The notes: generated by a model from the letters alone, not told the origin. DNA of 64,000 nucleotides from Felis catus (GCF_018350175.1 NC_058373.1:36394001-36458000), one strand, 5' to 3'; counted from the stretch's first letter, positions 11,201 through 25,721 are shown. Made by a program: numbers and translations.

Positions 11201-14200
11201 NNNNNNNNAAATATAGTGTCTAGTAGCCGAAGCACGGCAAACCGTTAACTGGATCATTCATTATACAGCCATTAAATGCTGCTACTGTTAGTGGTGACGC
11301 TGAGGCTTTTCTTTCCAGGAGGTAACTTTACTCGTGCCGGCACAGCTCACTTGGGTTTGCACCTGAGCCCCGAACGCCACGGGGCGTGGTTTTTTATGTA
11401 CTTGCTACTTCTTTGTCTCCCGTATCTGGTAACGTACAAACGCGCAGTCTGATTAAGTGGTCTCAGGTTATAAGGTCGTGAGGGATGTCACATATGCACA
11501 TAGCCAGCTTGGCCCGAGTTTCCCTTTTTTATCCTCCCAGCAGCCCTATGGGGTAGGCGCTAGTTGTATCCATGCTTTTTTTGTTTTTGTTTTTCACATG
11601 AGAAACGTAAGCAAGGCAATACCATGCCCAGGTTTCTACAGCGATTACAGGATAGAATAAAAATTAAACCCAAACAGAATGTTTGAAGCTGAAGCTACAG
11701 AAACTGAACACGATGAACCACAAATTCTAGGACTCAAACCTTGGTAAATAATTAAAGACGAAATCAGAAGTCGCGGGCTTCAGCTGCCGTTAATGAGAAG
11801 CCTTGGAAGAAATGTGAGGTAATAAAGTTGTTGACTCAAGGGGCTTCGAGAACGCAAAGCACCAGGTTGGCTGTTACCCTTTGTTTATACAGATTACGAA
11901 GGCGCAAACGGCAAATATTTATATACCAGTAACCAGGAAACTTAAATGAAATCTAAACTTTCCCCCTAGCTCGTCATCATAAAAGTGAGTTTCTAATGAA
12001 TTAATAGACATAAAAGCATTTAGAGCAAAGTCGAGGCTCTGTAAATATTTGCTATAATTGTTATTTACAAGAAAGAGCGAAGAGCTTTACTGTAACATTC
12101 TAAAGTTTGCCGATTCCATGGCAAACACTGTTGACTTGTGCTTTATGGCTTTGAATGTTTGTTGTAGTAAGCTTCGTCTGTTTAAGCATTTCTTATAGAA
12201 AACTGCATCTGAGTACTTGAACTTATAAACTGTTTTTCATAGGAATTTGAATTCGCTCATGGCAGCTCTAGGATAATTAAACAGCCAAATAAAATCTGGT
12301 TCCACTGACCTCAACCAGTGTAAGAAAAACCCGCCAGTTCTCTAAAGTTAGAAACATATCTAAAGGCATTCCTCCTCATGTTAGTTATTCCATAAGGAAA
12401 ACGAAACCGTCAGGCTTTGCACTGACAGTGCGGAGCCTGCTTGGGATTCTCTTTCTCTCCCTCTCTCTCTGCCCCTACCCCGTTCATGCTCTCTCTTTCT
12501 CAAAATAAACAAACAAACATACAAATATACATCTTTAAGAAATGTAAGAAAATATATCAGGGGGTCCTTTTTAAATTTTTCTAAATATATTTTTTAATGT
12601 TTATTTTTGAGAGAGAGAGAAAGATAGAACGCAAGTGGGGGAGGGGCAGGGAGAGGGAGACACAGAATCTGAAGCAGGCTCCAGGCTCTGAGCTTGAACC
12701 CCCGAACCATGAGATCATGACCTGAGCCAAAGTCGGACGCTTAAGGACTGAGCCACCCAGGTGCCCCAGGAGGTCTTTTTTTTAAAGACCGTGTGCATAG
12801 CCTGATGGGATTATGAATACATTTTTCTCCTCTTTTTTTGGTTTCACAAATGTTACATTTTAGTCGGGGCGGGGGGGAAGTCATCCTCTTTCTCCCACAT
12901 TTTGCATAGAAATGGAATAATCTAACACCCTCTTAAAAAGACCCTGAGCCTGAACCGCCACCCTGCTGCCATGCTCCTCAGCCCCCTCCTTCTCCTACCC
13001 TCTCGTGTCTCCTCGGACTGGTCCAGCTCCAGTTTGGTCAGCAGGCTCACAAACCACTCGAAAGACCGCTGGTCTCGATTGATCCAGATGAAGTCCACCT
13101 AGGGGGAGGGGCCCTTCTGCTCAGAGCTGGTGCTGCCTTGCTCACAGCACGCTCACACCTGTGGTCCCCACCGCGGGATGACCACCTGGGAGTCAGCAGG
13201 GCACACATTATCACCCCCATTTAATGGAGGGGGAAACTGAGGCTTGCAGAGGTAGGAACCTTGCCCAGGTCACAGGGCAGCGTGGGATCAGGACCCAGGT
13301 TCCTGACTGCCGGCTCGGGGTTTTCTGTAATGATCTATTTGTTTATAGCAAGCAGGGTTCTGAAATAGGAAGCTTAGGAAGAAGCCAACAGAACATTAGT
13401 TAATTATTTTTTAGAAACTCTTTTCAGTGGTCTATAGAAAATAATGAATTTTCAAAAGGCAAACGTTTTCATTTTTAAAACCACCACCACCAGGCAATGG
13501 TAAACACATCATGGCTGTAACTGGATCCCAGGTGCCTGACTTTCGGGCTCCCAGGTCTTTAGTGGGATTCCATCTTCAGGGCCCGCAATGCCTCTCAGAA
13601 GTGACAGGGGAAGGCCTGGACGCTCGGGAGGCACCATAGGGACCAGTGGATCCAAGCAGGGGAGAGAGCCATCTGTCCCTTCCCCTCATCTGCAGCAGAG
13701 AGCCCACTGTGGTTCGGGGAGGTTTCCGGGACACAGGGCCCAGAGGCCTGCCTGGAGGAGGTGGCGCTCACCTTGTGGAGCTTCATGTCCTCATCCTGGA
13801 CGTCGTCCATCCAGGAGTGCTGGCAGCTGGGGCAGATGTGCTTCCTCTTCTGGTGCCTGGGGGGAGGTGATGAGGGATTTTGAATTTGGGGTGAGTATAA
13901 GACTTCTCAGGACCCCAAAGAACAGTGCAGGGGGCAGGGGAAAAGGGTGGGGTGGCAGGGCCCAGCCTGTGAGGAAGCGGAGGGATGAGAGCCAAAAGAG
14001 AGAGGGAGGGGGAGCAGGGGAGGAAAGAGAAAAAAGGGTGAGAGGAGAGGAGGGAAGCGCAAGGGGGAGGGAAGAGAGGAGAGAGGAGAGTGTCTCTGGG
14101 CTCTGTCCCGGGATGCAGCCCACCCGCCCACCTGTACATGATGCTCTGCAGGATGGAAGCGAAGGGGGTGATGCCGATGCCTGCTCCGATGAGCACCGCA

Positions 14201-17200
14201 TGCTCAGAGGCAAAGATCCTGCGGGTGGGGGTTCCGTAAGGGCCGTCGATATAGCACTGTGAACAAACAGGAGGGCATTCGAGGGGAGGGCTGGAGGCAT
14301 GGGGGAGAGCTGAACCCCAAGGCTTCAGCATCTCCCTTTTACATGCAGGCAGTCACCTCCCGGGCTGGAGCCCAGATCTAAGTGGCTCCCACTGCACTGC
14401 CTGGAGCCCAAATCTGGGAGAGCCCTGGAATATTAGAAGGCAGAACTGGTGAGAGTGGGACCCAGCCAGCATCCCTGTGTGCACCTGCAAGGGGACGGGT
14501 TCGATCCCCTTCTCTGGATACCGGGAAGTCAGGCCCTGGGGACTTGAGGGACTGGGGTACCCGGGGCCACGGCAAGCCCTCCCTGCAGGCAGAGGCTTCA
14601 TATTCTCTGGTTGCGGCAGGGATTCTTGGTCATGTCCACCTGCTGGAGCCTCCTACCTTGATGTTGCAAAACAGATGGTTCTCAGAGGACATCTCGGAGA
14701 CCTGTGATGAGCAGAGAGTTGTGGGTCTCTGGGAGTGGAGGGGTCAGGCAATTCTCAGAGGCATCCTGGCCTCTGCCAGTCTGGGCACCTTCACAAAAGG
14801 GGAATTGCTTTTTCTGCCCCAAGCATGGCAGGGAGCATGGAGTGTGCCGGTAACCCGGCTCTTCAGGAAAAGAAAACAGCAACACGCTCCTGACTGGTAG
14901 CGTCTGGAGATTTCTGGTAGAAACACTGCCATCACGGCGGCCACCATAATGACTGTGTCTAAGAACCGGCTCTCAAAGCTCCTGAAAATCTAACAGTTGG
15001 CTCTTGTGATCCAATACAAATCAGCTCCAGTGGGTGACTGGAGACCACTCCCTCCGCCTATCTCCAGCCACTACTGTACCTTTCACGTCTCCAAACACAC
15101 CCCCTGGCCTTGACCATTCTTTTCCCTCCGCTGAGAGCAACACCCTTTCCTCTTCCCCAGCTGGCAAATTCCTATGCATCTTCCGGAGTCCAGCTCATCT
15201 AAAGTAGCTGCTCCTTCTTGAAGTTCTGCCCGGCTTCGCCAGGCAGAAAAGCCAGTGGCTGGCCTGGCTCATGGCTCCACTCTGCCCTTGGGACCCTGTC
15301 CTGGGCTTGCGGATGGGAGCCACTGGGGGCAGGGAGGAGGCCTCTTCTGTCTGCTCTGCCTGATTCCTCCAGGCCTGAGCACGTGACAGACCGGATCTGG
15401 GAGGTCAGCGCACTTCCTCCCACAAGGTGAAGGAAGTAGAACCCCCCCACCCCCCCCACCCCCAAACAGGCTATAGGGGCCTGTGATCGTTCCCTGTCTG
15501 CTGCTGGAGGGCAGAGTTAGGAGTGACCTTCACAATTACCCAGAGCAATCCCTCACTTGACAGAAAAGGAGCCCAGTCTAAGAGTGGGAACAAGCTCAGG
15601 GGAGAGCCTGGGTCTCCTGCTGACCGTCCAGTGCCCGTCACACTACAGCATGCTGCTTCTTTGTCCGGGGGCCACTGAATGCTGTGTCCCCCACGGTGTC
15701 AGACTTGAACTACTTGTGTCGGAGGTACCCTGGACGAGAGCTACCCTCCTTTCCGTGGTCTTTAAACCTTCCAGTTGCAAGGAGAAAGCCCACATCGCGC
15801 TTAGTAATCTTAACGTGCTACGCTTACCAAGCCCACCTCGTTCTTTTTCTTGTACTAAAGCAAGAAAGAGAAAGAGCATGAGAGAGAGAGAGAGAGACAG
15901 AGAGGAGAAGGAGCAGCAGAGTGTGGCTTCAGGCTCAGAGCGTCAGCAGGCAGGAACATCTGGCCAGAATTGATTAAGATTGGCTTTGATTGATTTTACT
16001 TTTTTTTTCCTAAATTTTTTTTTTCCTTAATGCTTTTGTTTTTTTGAGAGAGACACGGAGTGTGAGTGGGGAAGGGGCAGAGAGAGGGAGACACAGAATC
16101 CGAAGCGGGCTCCAGGCTCTGAGCGGTCAGCGCAGAGGCCGCCGCGGGGCTCAAACCCACGAACTGTGAGATCATACCTGAGATGAAGTCGGACGCTCCA
16201 CCGACTGAGCCACCCAGGCGCTCCTTGATTTTACTTTGAGAGTTACCTTCTGATTATGGCACACGATACTAGTTTACCATTCAAGATAGCAATCTACAGC
16301 GTCCTTTTAAATGCAAGTAAGTTTATAGGGACACCTGGGTGGCTCAGTCGGTTAAGCGTCCTACTTCAGCTCAGGTCATGATCTCGCCACTTGTGGGCGC
16401 GAGCCCCGCATCGGGCTCTGTGCTGACAGCTCGGAGCCTGGAGCCTGCTTCGGATTCTGTGTCTCCCTCTCTCTGCCCCTCCCCTGATCACACTAAGTCT
16501 CTCTCTCCCTCAAAACTAAATAAACATTAAAAAAAATTTTTCTTTTAAATACAAGTAAGTTTAAAGTCATGTTGGGGTGTGAGGAGAGAGACCAGGTAGG
16601 AAATATTCCCAGTGAGGAGCGAACACGGCAGAAGTTAGGAAGGCAGTGTGCACATGCCTGGCTGCAGGAGCACCACATAATATGCACGGCTTCGTGCGTG
16701 TGGCTGCCCTTAAGGACCTCTCTCCTGAGTCCCATGGATCCACCACCCCTGGGGACACAAAGGCCGGCTCTCCCGCCTCCAGCCCCAGCTTCCTGAGCCT
16801 TACCAGACCCCACTCAGACGTGGTTCTCCGCTGTGCCTGAGCCGATTCCTCTGTCCCTGTGGGCACCGGGCCTGGGTCCCCATGCTGTGGAGTCCCCCTG
16901 GGCCTGTAGGATGTCAGCTCCACGATGACATCCTTGCTGGAGGCCACAGCTCCCTGCACCGCGGCTCCGGACTGGACGGGCTGGCACTGAAAACTCTGTT
17001 TGGTTTCGAAGTGGAAATGGCTTTATTATTTAAATCATGAAACTAGGGTGCCTGGGTGGCTCAGGTGGTTGAGCATCCAACTCTTGATTTCGGCTCAGAT
17101 CATGATCTTGTGGGTTCGTGAGTTCGAGCCCCACGTCAGGCTCTGTGCTGACAGTGTGGAGGCTGCTTGGGATTCTCTTGCCCTCTCTCTCTGCCCCTCC

Positions 17201-20200
17201 CCTGCTCAAGCTCTTTCTCTCTCTCTCTCTCTCTCTCTCAAAATAAATAAACATTTAAAAAATTTTAAATCATGAAGTCAATACATGTTAGTTTTTCAAG
17301 ATTCACATGTTACAGAATTATAAAGAATAAGGTGAAAAAGTACCCTGAATAAAGTGGAATCACTTCTCTAAACACTTTTCTCTATGTCCTTCCAGACTTT
17401 TACTCTCTCTCTCTCTCTTTTACATAAATGAAACATATTGCTTTGTAACCTGCCTTTTCCACTCACTCCATCTTGACTAGCTTTCCGTGCTAATGCACGT
17501 ACATTTACATAATCTTTTTTAAGGAACTTCCTATTCCGTGATAAGGGTGATCAGTAATTTATTTAGCTACATCCCTAGTGTTGGACAATTTTGATTATCC
17601 CCATTTTCTCATTAGTGTTAATTAACAACCACCACATGGAAGATAACATCTTTCCCATCTCTATCCCTTTACCCTGATTTATTTTTCTTCATGGCACGTA
17701 TTATCACCTGACACATGATGTCTGTATTTTGTTTGTTTATTGTCTACCTCTCCCTCTGGAAGGGAAGCAGGCACTGCATCACTGTTGCTTACGGATTTAT
17801 CTCCAGCATCTAGAATAGTACTTGGAAAACAGGAGGTGCTGTGCTCAGTAAATATTTGCTAAATGAATGAAGGAACAAGGTGATTAATGTACTTCCTGTG
17901 CAGCTACCCAATTAGCTTTTTAGGACAAATCCCTAAAAATGGAATGGCTGGGCCTGTGGGTACACATATTTAAAATGTTGACGCATGTGGCCAGACTGCC
18001 TGCCAGAAAGATTATGCCAATCGATTCTATGGCGGTGGTACCTTAAGGTCCTAAAGAAACACAGTCTTTAACGTATCTACCCACAGATTCCTGGTGTGCA
18101 TGACTCTCCCGGTTTTCAAAGCCAGCTTCCTCCTTCAGAAAGGTTCCCCTGACTAAGAACAGAGAACGTTCTGCTTGTTTCTACTGACCCCTTCGTCTCC
18201 CAAAGCTTTGCTCTGGGCATCTTTCTAGAGGGCTTCGTGATCTGGCCTGGCAGGATTCCGCCTGGTTTTTCTCCCCTCGGAGTTTAAATTCCACAGGGGC
18301 ACGACAGGGCTGAGCCAGGCCCGGGGCTGCTTTTCCTTTGACCTTCAGCAGGGGCTTCCCCACATTAACATGTCTCCCAGCTGAGCCGTACAGCCTACTA
18401 GGTGTGGGTTCGGGCGCCTTAGCCTCCTTTGTCCGTTCTCACTGTCGTCTCGCTGCCCTCCTCCAAAACCTCCCCGAGTCAGTATTCGTTCCAGACACTG
18501 GCAACTTGTCGGCTTCGTGGGTTCATCGGGGCTCAAAAGATAACAGTGCTGCCGCTGATGCTGCTGACGCTGATGGTGAATGGTCCACGTGGACCGTGCT
18601 GTCCCGTTAGCTCAGGGCTTTCCCTGCATTCATTCCATCATTGGCCCTTAAAAAGCATCACGTGAGAAGGGGAGGCCAAGGACGGGAACCACCTGCAGTT
18701 AGTCCATTGATGACTAAGCTAAAGTTCGAGTAAGCGAAGGGACATACAAGGCCGTACACGCAAGGTGCTGGAGCAGGGACGTGGAGGCGGGGTTTTCCGA
18801 TCTCAATCTCCCCTCTCTTTCCATTGTCCACCTGGCTTCTAACGGAGGACTTGGGACTCGGGAGGTCCTGGGGCGGGTGGGCTGTTGGATCACACTGTCC
18901 ACAGTTGCCTCGCCCCCTGTGCTGTCGTCCAGCCAGTGTATACAGCCGTTGCTCAATGATTGATGTTCACCATTGAGCACATCAGCAACTCAGTCCCCAC
19001 TGGGTTTGACTCCACAGTGGGCCCTTCCTCCCCTGAAGCAACCTACCTGGGGCTTCCTCTGGCTCCTTCTCATCCTCAAACTCCTTGACAGCCGTTTGGA
19101 GTCCACAGGGTCTGATGTCTTGAAGGACTCATACAGCCTGTTTGTCCACTGCCCTTGGGACCGGACGTGTAGCCAGATGGTGTCTGAGCAAGAGACAGGG
19201 CAGGGGGAGAGGGGGTCAGCGCCGGCCTCCAGCAGGGAGCAGGCCCGTCTCACCTGAGGGACTGGGGCTGGGCATCTACTGCTCAAGCTCCAGACTGAAT
19301 GTCCTTCCGCGGGCCCAAACTAGCAGTCCCAGCCCTGGGACTTGGAAATCTCATCTTTCTGGTGCAGATATTGTAGTCTTCCTCCATGAAGTCAACTTAA
19401 GCCGTCTGCTTTGCCAAGACCAGGGTCAGAGCGGCCCTGAGCAGGCTAGAAGCTCCTGCCTCCTTGATCAGGCCAGGGTCTCACCAAGGTGGTGACCACT
19501 CCCTCCCACATTCAACCAGGTGCTTGTCAACGGCTCTGCACACAGTAGGTGTTCAGCCTGTGGCACGAACAATGGCTTTCATTGTGCCCAGTACCTGGGA
19601 TGTAGCTTCTCTGCTGAGGGGTGACCGGCAGAAAGGTGGTGTGGGTGGCCACCCCTCTGCTGAAGGGTACCAGAGAGAATCCACAACATTTGAACAAGGA
19701 GCCCCCCCCGAGAGATCTCCTGCTCAGGCATTCTTACCCTTTAAACAATTTCTTTAAACCATGGGGGCGCCTGGGTGGCTCAGTGGGTTAAGCGTCCGAT
19801 TTGATTTCAGCTCAGGTCATGATCTCACTGTTGATGAGTTTGAGCCCCACATCAGGCTCTGTGCTGACCCTGCAGAGACTGCTTGGGATTCTCTCTCTCT
19901 CTCCCTCTCCCTCTTGCTTGCACTTTCTCTGTCTCTCTCCAAATAAAGAAATAAACTTAAAAAAACATTTTAAACCATGGACTCTCTTGGCAGTCCTGTG
20001 AATACAACGGAGAGACTCCTTCTCAGAGCAAGGTTTTTTAAAGACACAAAGTCACACGCATGGAAATCACAAATGAAACAGCATGTATTTGTTTGCAAAA
20101 AAAACCAAAAAACCAAAAAACAAGCACCCCCCCCCAAATGTGTGATTGAAGAATGCGTCTGCTTCTTTGCCAACACAGGACTATGAGGTCCCGCCAGAAT

Positions 20201-23200
20201 TGCGTGGCCATGGAAACCCGAAGTCATTGATGAGCATAAAGGATATCCCGAGGTGCCGGCAACCATGACAGTGCGATCTCAAAGAACCTTGTGATTTTTA
20301 TTTTGAAAGAGTCACAGGTATTGTTAATGCTTCTGTGGCTGGCTGTGGGCATTCACAATCGAAGAAGATGCTAAGGTTCAGTTAATTCTCCGAGGCTTCC
20401 TCTCCCTTGACCCTACAAGTGCCAGGGGGGCTGTGCTGTGCCTTGTTTACACAACACACTCTGAGGCGCCCCACACAGTGAGTGCATGTGGGGGGGGGGG
20501 TCCTCCCTAAACGCTGGGAGAATGCAATCAGTTACTACTGGCGACCTGAATCCACTCCTGATTTCTGTGAGCCAGCTCCGTAAACCAACTCGGAGTATGT
20601 GCCAGCCCTCATACGGACTCACTCAGCCCACCACAGGAGGCTCAGGGCCTGAGAGACAGGCAGGTCCCAAGCAAACGCCCTGAAGAAACCCCATTCGAGA
20701 ATCGGCCAAGTCAATGGCACATCCATCTAATGTATGTAGTCATTTTAATCATACTGGTATCACTATACTGGAGTACTATGCAGCCATGCAAAGGGAAGTT
20801 CTTATTTATTTTTTTTGTATTTTTAAAAATGGTTATTTATTTATTAGAAAATTTTTTTAACGTTTATTCATTTTTGAGAGACAGAGAAACAGAGCACGAG
20901 CCAGGGAGGGGTAGAAAGAGAGGGAGACACAGAATCCGAAGCAGGCTCCAGGCTCTGAGCCCGAGGCAGGGCTTGAACTCACGGACCGTGAGATCATGAC
21001 CTGAGCTGAAACCAGACACTCAACCGATTGGCCCACCCAGGCGCCCCTTGGAAAGTTTTTTTTTTTTTTTTTTTAAAGAACTGACATGCAAAGACTTTTA
21101 TGACATACTGCTCACAGAGAAAAGGCGGGCTGCAAAACAGTGTGAAGAATGTGACCCCGTGTAGGCAAAACCATCTCCACATCTATAGAACCACGTGGGT
21201 ATATAAAGACAGATCTGGAAGACTGTTCACCAGAAGACTGACAAGGGCTTTCTCTGGATGGCATTGTTTGAGGGATTTTAATTTTCTTCTGTGCATATTC
21301 CTATACGGTTTGAATTTTCTGAGAGCAGATCTCTTTTGGAAAAACAGAACAGGAAAGAAAAATAGGAAGAAAAGAACCTTCCCCCTCCTGCCTCCGCCCC
21401 CCACCTTTGCCCCATTGTACATCCAAGCCACCACTCAGGTGACTCCGGGGCAGGTGGTACGTAGCCTCGCATGAGGAACCCTGGCCTTGGGTCTGAACTG
21501 TGGGGGCTGGGCCACGGGTCCTGCTGGGCCGGCGCTGGGAGGCATCCTAAATGGAACTAAAGTTTTTAATAGGGATGGGTCAGAGGACACAGGCAGCCAG
21601 GACCCTTCATTCCTCATGAAGCCGAGCAAGGGTCAGGCAAGGCATTCGCTGCCAGAATTACCACTTAAGGTGGAAAGGCCGATCTCTGGCCTAGGAAGAG
21701 GGCACAGGTCTGGGTGCCGGCTCAACAACAGTCCAGGACCAGAAGGATGGCACGTACATGGGTGGAGGCCAGAGGTCCACTGGGTGAAGGGAGGGTCAGC
21801 TGAGCAGTTCCACGGGTGTGCTGGTGACCCAGAGAGAGATGGGAGTGGTCCAGGGATGGGGAAGAAGGATTGGAGGGATTCTGCTGCCTTGGGGCTCCAC
21901 AGAGATGGGGGAAGCCTGGCTTCCCGCCGCAGTGCCCTTGAGAACTCCCTGGCTCCTCTGAGTTCACTCCTCCTCTGCCTCAGACCCCTGCGGGCTCCCA
22001 AGTGCTGGCACCAACCGTCCCCATTCAGAGTCCCCCTCGGCCCCACCCGGGCTCTAGCCAGCTTTGCCAGCCACCTTGTCTGCCTTTCACCTCTTCTCTG
22101 ACCCTCTCTCCTGCCTCCCCGCCCTGTCCTTCCCTTCTTCCCTCCCCGCCCCACCCCCGATGTAGCGCCAACTACATTAAATTGCCCTGTGTTCCCAGCT
22201 TTCCATGCTGTTCCTCACGTCTTTTGCTCTGTCTCCTCCCTCATCTCCTTCTCTGTCTAGTAAGCTTCCTGGAGCTTTTGGAGGTCGACTTTGTGGCCCT
22301 GGCCTTGCTCACGTCCGGGTTCCCAGTTCCCAGCCCGCGCCTGGCACCAGGCAGAACTCGGTAAATGCCTGCCGAGCGAGCAGCGGGGCTGGCGTACCTT
22401 TCTGCTCTGGCGCGCTGCTGATGGTGAACGGGTGCCACTCGTAACGCGCAATGGTGGGGACGTTCAGATACAGGTAGTCGCCCGGCCTATAGTGGAACAG
22501 AGGGGGCCGCTTGATGAGCAGATGAGTGACCTGGGAAGAGAGGAAGATCGGGGTCATCCGTGCAGGCCCAGGGGCCCCCGGGCGAGAGGGCAGAGGCCGG
22601 GTCATCCTCCTCCGTCACACACCAGGCCAGCCCTGGACGTGAGACCCTCAGGCCTGTGAGTGGGGCTTGGCCTGCGGCACCTCTGCCAGCCAGGGGGTAG
22701 GTGATGATCAGAGAAAGGGACAGTAGGGTTTGATCCTGGTTTGATCCCACTTCTTATGGGGTGAACACTGCTGGCAGTGGCCTTTCTCGGTGAAGCCCCC
22801 TGACTGCTGTAGCCCGTTTCTTGCAACTGCTGTAGTATTTGGCTGGCATCCAACCACTAATGGGCATCTCCCCCAGGAGAACAATATCCCCCTGGACAAC
22901 AGCTTCTGTTTATTGGGCACCCACAGCGTGCCAGACCTGCGCGAGGCACTTAAAAGTGTCATCTCTGGTCCTCACGGCAGTTCTCTGAGACGGATGCCAT
23001 TCTTTCTCCGCTTTATAGATGAGACGCTAAGGCTCAGAATGGTTAAGGAGTTTGCTCAAGGCCACCAGCTAGGAAACCATGAGATCCGCAGCTAATCACG
23101 GCGGAGGCTGTCCAGAGCTGAGCCACCCAGAACTGCCTTCCCTTTCTCCATAAATGGCCCGGTCACTCAGCCACCCAGGAGATGTCCTAGGCTCCTTCCT

Positions 23201-25673
23201 CTCCCCGCCCCCAAATGCAGCCGGTTACCTCTTGAGTCTTTCTGTGATATGCCACCCCTTTCCCATCCCACAGCCACTGCCCCTGTTTAGGGTCAAGGCC
23301 CTCATGAGCTCTCGTCTGCATATTGTGCAACAGCCCCCAAATGGTCCTCACTGGACCGTCTTCCACAGAGCCACTGCAGAAATCTAGCTGGAAAATAAAC
23401 TGGCTTACTACCCCCACCCCCCTCCCCCTGATCAGGCGTTCCACCAGGCCCCGCCCACCCCTCTCCCCGGCACCTTGGCTGTAGCTGTGCTAAATTACCC
23501 ATAGTCCCCAAGGACAGCACCCCTACCACAACTCGGTGCCTTTGCTCAGCCTGTTCCTTCTCCCAGGAGTACCCTTCCTTATCTTGTCTACGCAACAAAC
23601 TCCTGCTCATCTCTCAAAACCCCGATGGGGCATCTCCTTCCGCGTTCTGAAGCTTTCTCTGACCTCTCAAAGATAGTTTCCTACCTCCTGACACTCTGCT
23701 CTCACCCATACAGCCCTGCACTGTAACTAAAGGGCAAAGCAGGACAGTGCCCAAGCCGTCTTTGTGACCTGCCACAGGGCCTGGCAGTTTGCAGGCTCTT
23801 AAGACTGATCTTTCATGGTATCCTGCCTACCTGTCATGCCGCTTCCTAAAATGTCCCTCCTGAAGGCTAGACCAGATCCCACACTTTGCTTGTCTCCTCT
23901 GCTGTGCAGGGTCCATAGCTACGCTATTCCCTGCTTCCTTGCGGGTCTAGCAGGGTACCCAGCTGCTGCGCCCTACCATCTGCAATGCCCCTAGGCACCT
24001 CAGGCCCCCTTCACACCTTGGAGGGAAGGAGATTGACTTCCACGATGTACAGGGCTGCCATGCGGGACACTGCTAGCCCGATGGCCTTCTCCAGGAAGAA
24101 CAAGATGCCAGGGACCAGAAGCCACTTCCAGAAGCTGGGCCCGTGCACAATGAGCAGGATCCACATGGGGAGGTAGGACAGATGAGTCCAATAGAACACC
24201 TGCGAGGGTGAGGAGGGAGGGGGCAGTAAGCTTCCAGAGCTCAAGTCCTGGGGGTGGAACAGGGAAGCCCTTAGAGCCTTGGTCATGTACTGCTCTCCTG
24301 GGGACAGGGGCTGGGGCTGGGAAGCTTTGGGGCTTATTTATTCTGGGCCCTTGGCCCAGGGATCGTATAAGGGTTCCTGGAGCTCACACCAAACATCTGA
24401 AACCTCTGCCTGGGGATGTTCTGGGCAGAGTGGAGTGCCCCCAAAGGGCTCATGAGCATCACGGTCCCCATCACATTGACCCTTTCTCAGGGGGACGTGA
24501 AGACAGCCACTTCCTGAGCATGGAGAAGAAAAGAGCAGAGCACCGAGCTGGAATGCCTGCTCTACTACTGGCTGTGGGAGCTAGGAAATTACTTGTCTGA
24601 GCATCAGATTCCTTGCGGGTCAAGCGAAGATGCGGATTCCAACTTCAAAGGATTGCTGCTGCTGGTGCTGTCTACCTGATGTGGTTTGGTTTGGGGCTCC
24701 AAACCAAATCTGTGACCTCCTGCGCAGAACTAACGCTCCTCCGTTGGAGCATCGACGTGCCAGGTGTATACTTAGCGGCTTCACATATAGTATCCCATTT
24801 AATTCCTAACACAAATTCATAGGTAGAGAATTATAGGGCCATTTTATAGATGGGGAAGCTGAGTGAGCCTGTGTCCCTTCCCCTTCCTAGCTTAACCCCA
24901 TTAGGGCAGGGGGCACGCCAGCAAACAGGCAGAATCTTCCAGAGCAAAACATTTTTCGCTTTGCAGACATGAACTGCAGCCCAGGGGAAGAACCAAGTCG
25001 CGGGCACATAACATCCAGAGCAGCCTGGGCACTTCCTGGGCTCTGGAGTAAGTGAGAGGGGACACGGCACGCAACGAAGTTGGGAGGCCAGCCTGGGAGA
25101 GCAAAGGGGCAAGGGCCTGGCACCTCAAAGTGGCCGCTCCTTCGGATGCAGGAGCTGGAGCAGACAAACATAAGGAGCAGCAACAGCAGCAACGCCACTC
25201 CGGTCGGGGAGGCGGAGCCACGGACCCAGCCAATGCCTGGCCTCGTGGTGAGCAGCAGTTCCCAAAACCGGAAGGGGCTGGCCCCGGACTGAGCCTGGAG
25301 CGCTGGAGACAAGCACAAGACAAGCTGTTCCCTCTCCACCTTTCCCTTGGGGTCCCCACCCTTCCCCATCAGGCACCCACCCAGGCAGAGACCCCTTCTC
25401 CACCCACCGGGCATGCAGGGCACACAGGGCTGATAATGAGTGGTTTGTGGGTGGCCCACCGGGCTCCCGGCCCCCAGGCGACTCACCGAAGTTCGCAACG
25501 TGGGCCACGGTGTGCACAAGGGAGAGCCCAACCACCACCCAGCCCATGAGCTGGTGGAACTGGATGTTCTGGTCCAGCGGCAGGACCTGAGCCAGCCACG
25601 TGGCCCGCAGCCAAGTGAGGCAGCGTCTGAGCATCAGCACCTGGCCGGGGAAAGTGGCGGAGAGCCTCAGCTG

Positions 25674-25721
<48 letters not shown>

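Noticed and set aside
13588-14262. 224-aa plus-strand ORF and similar antisense ORFs (27188, 29242, 25052)
   Set aside because: Shadow frames opposite GC-rich NOX5 exons.
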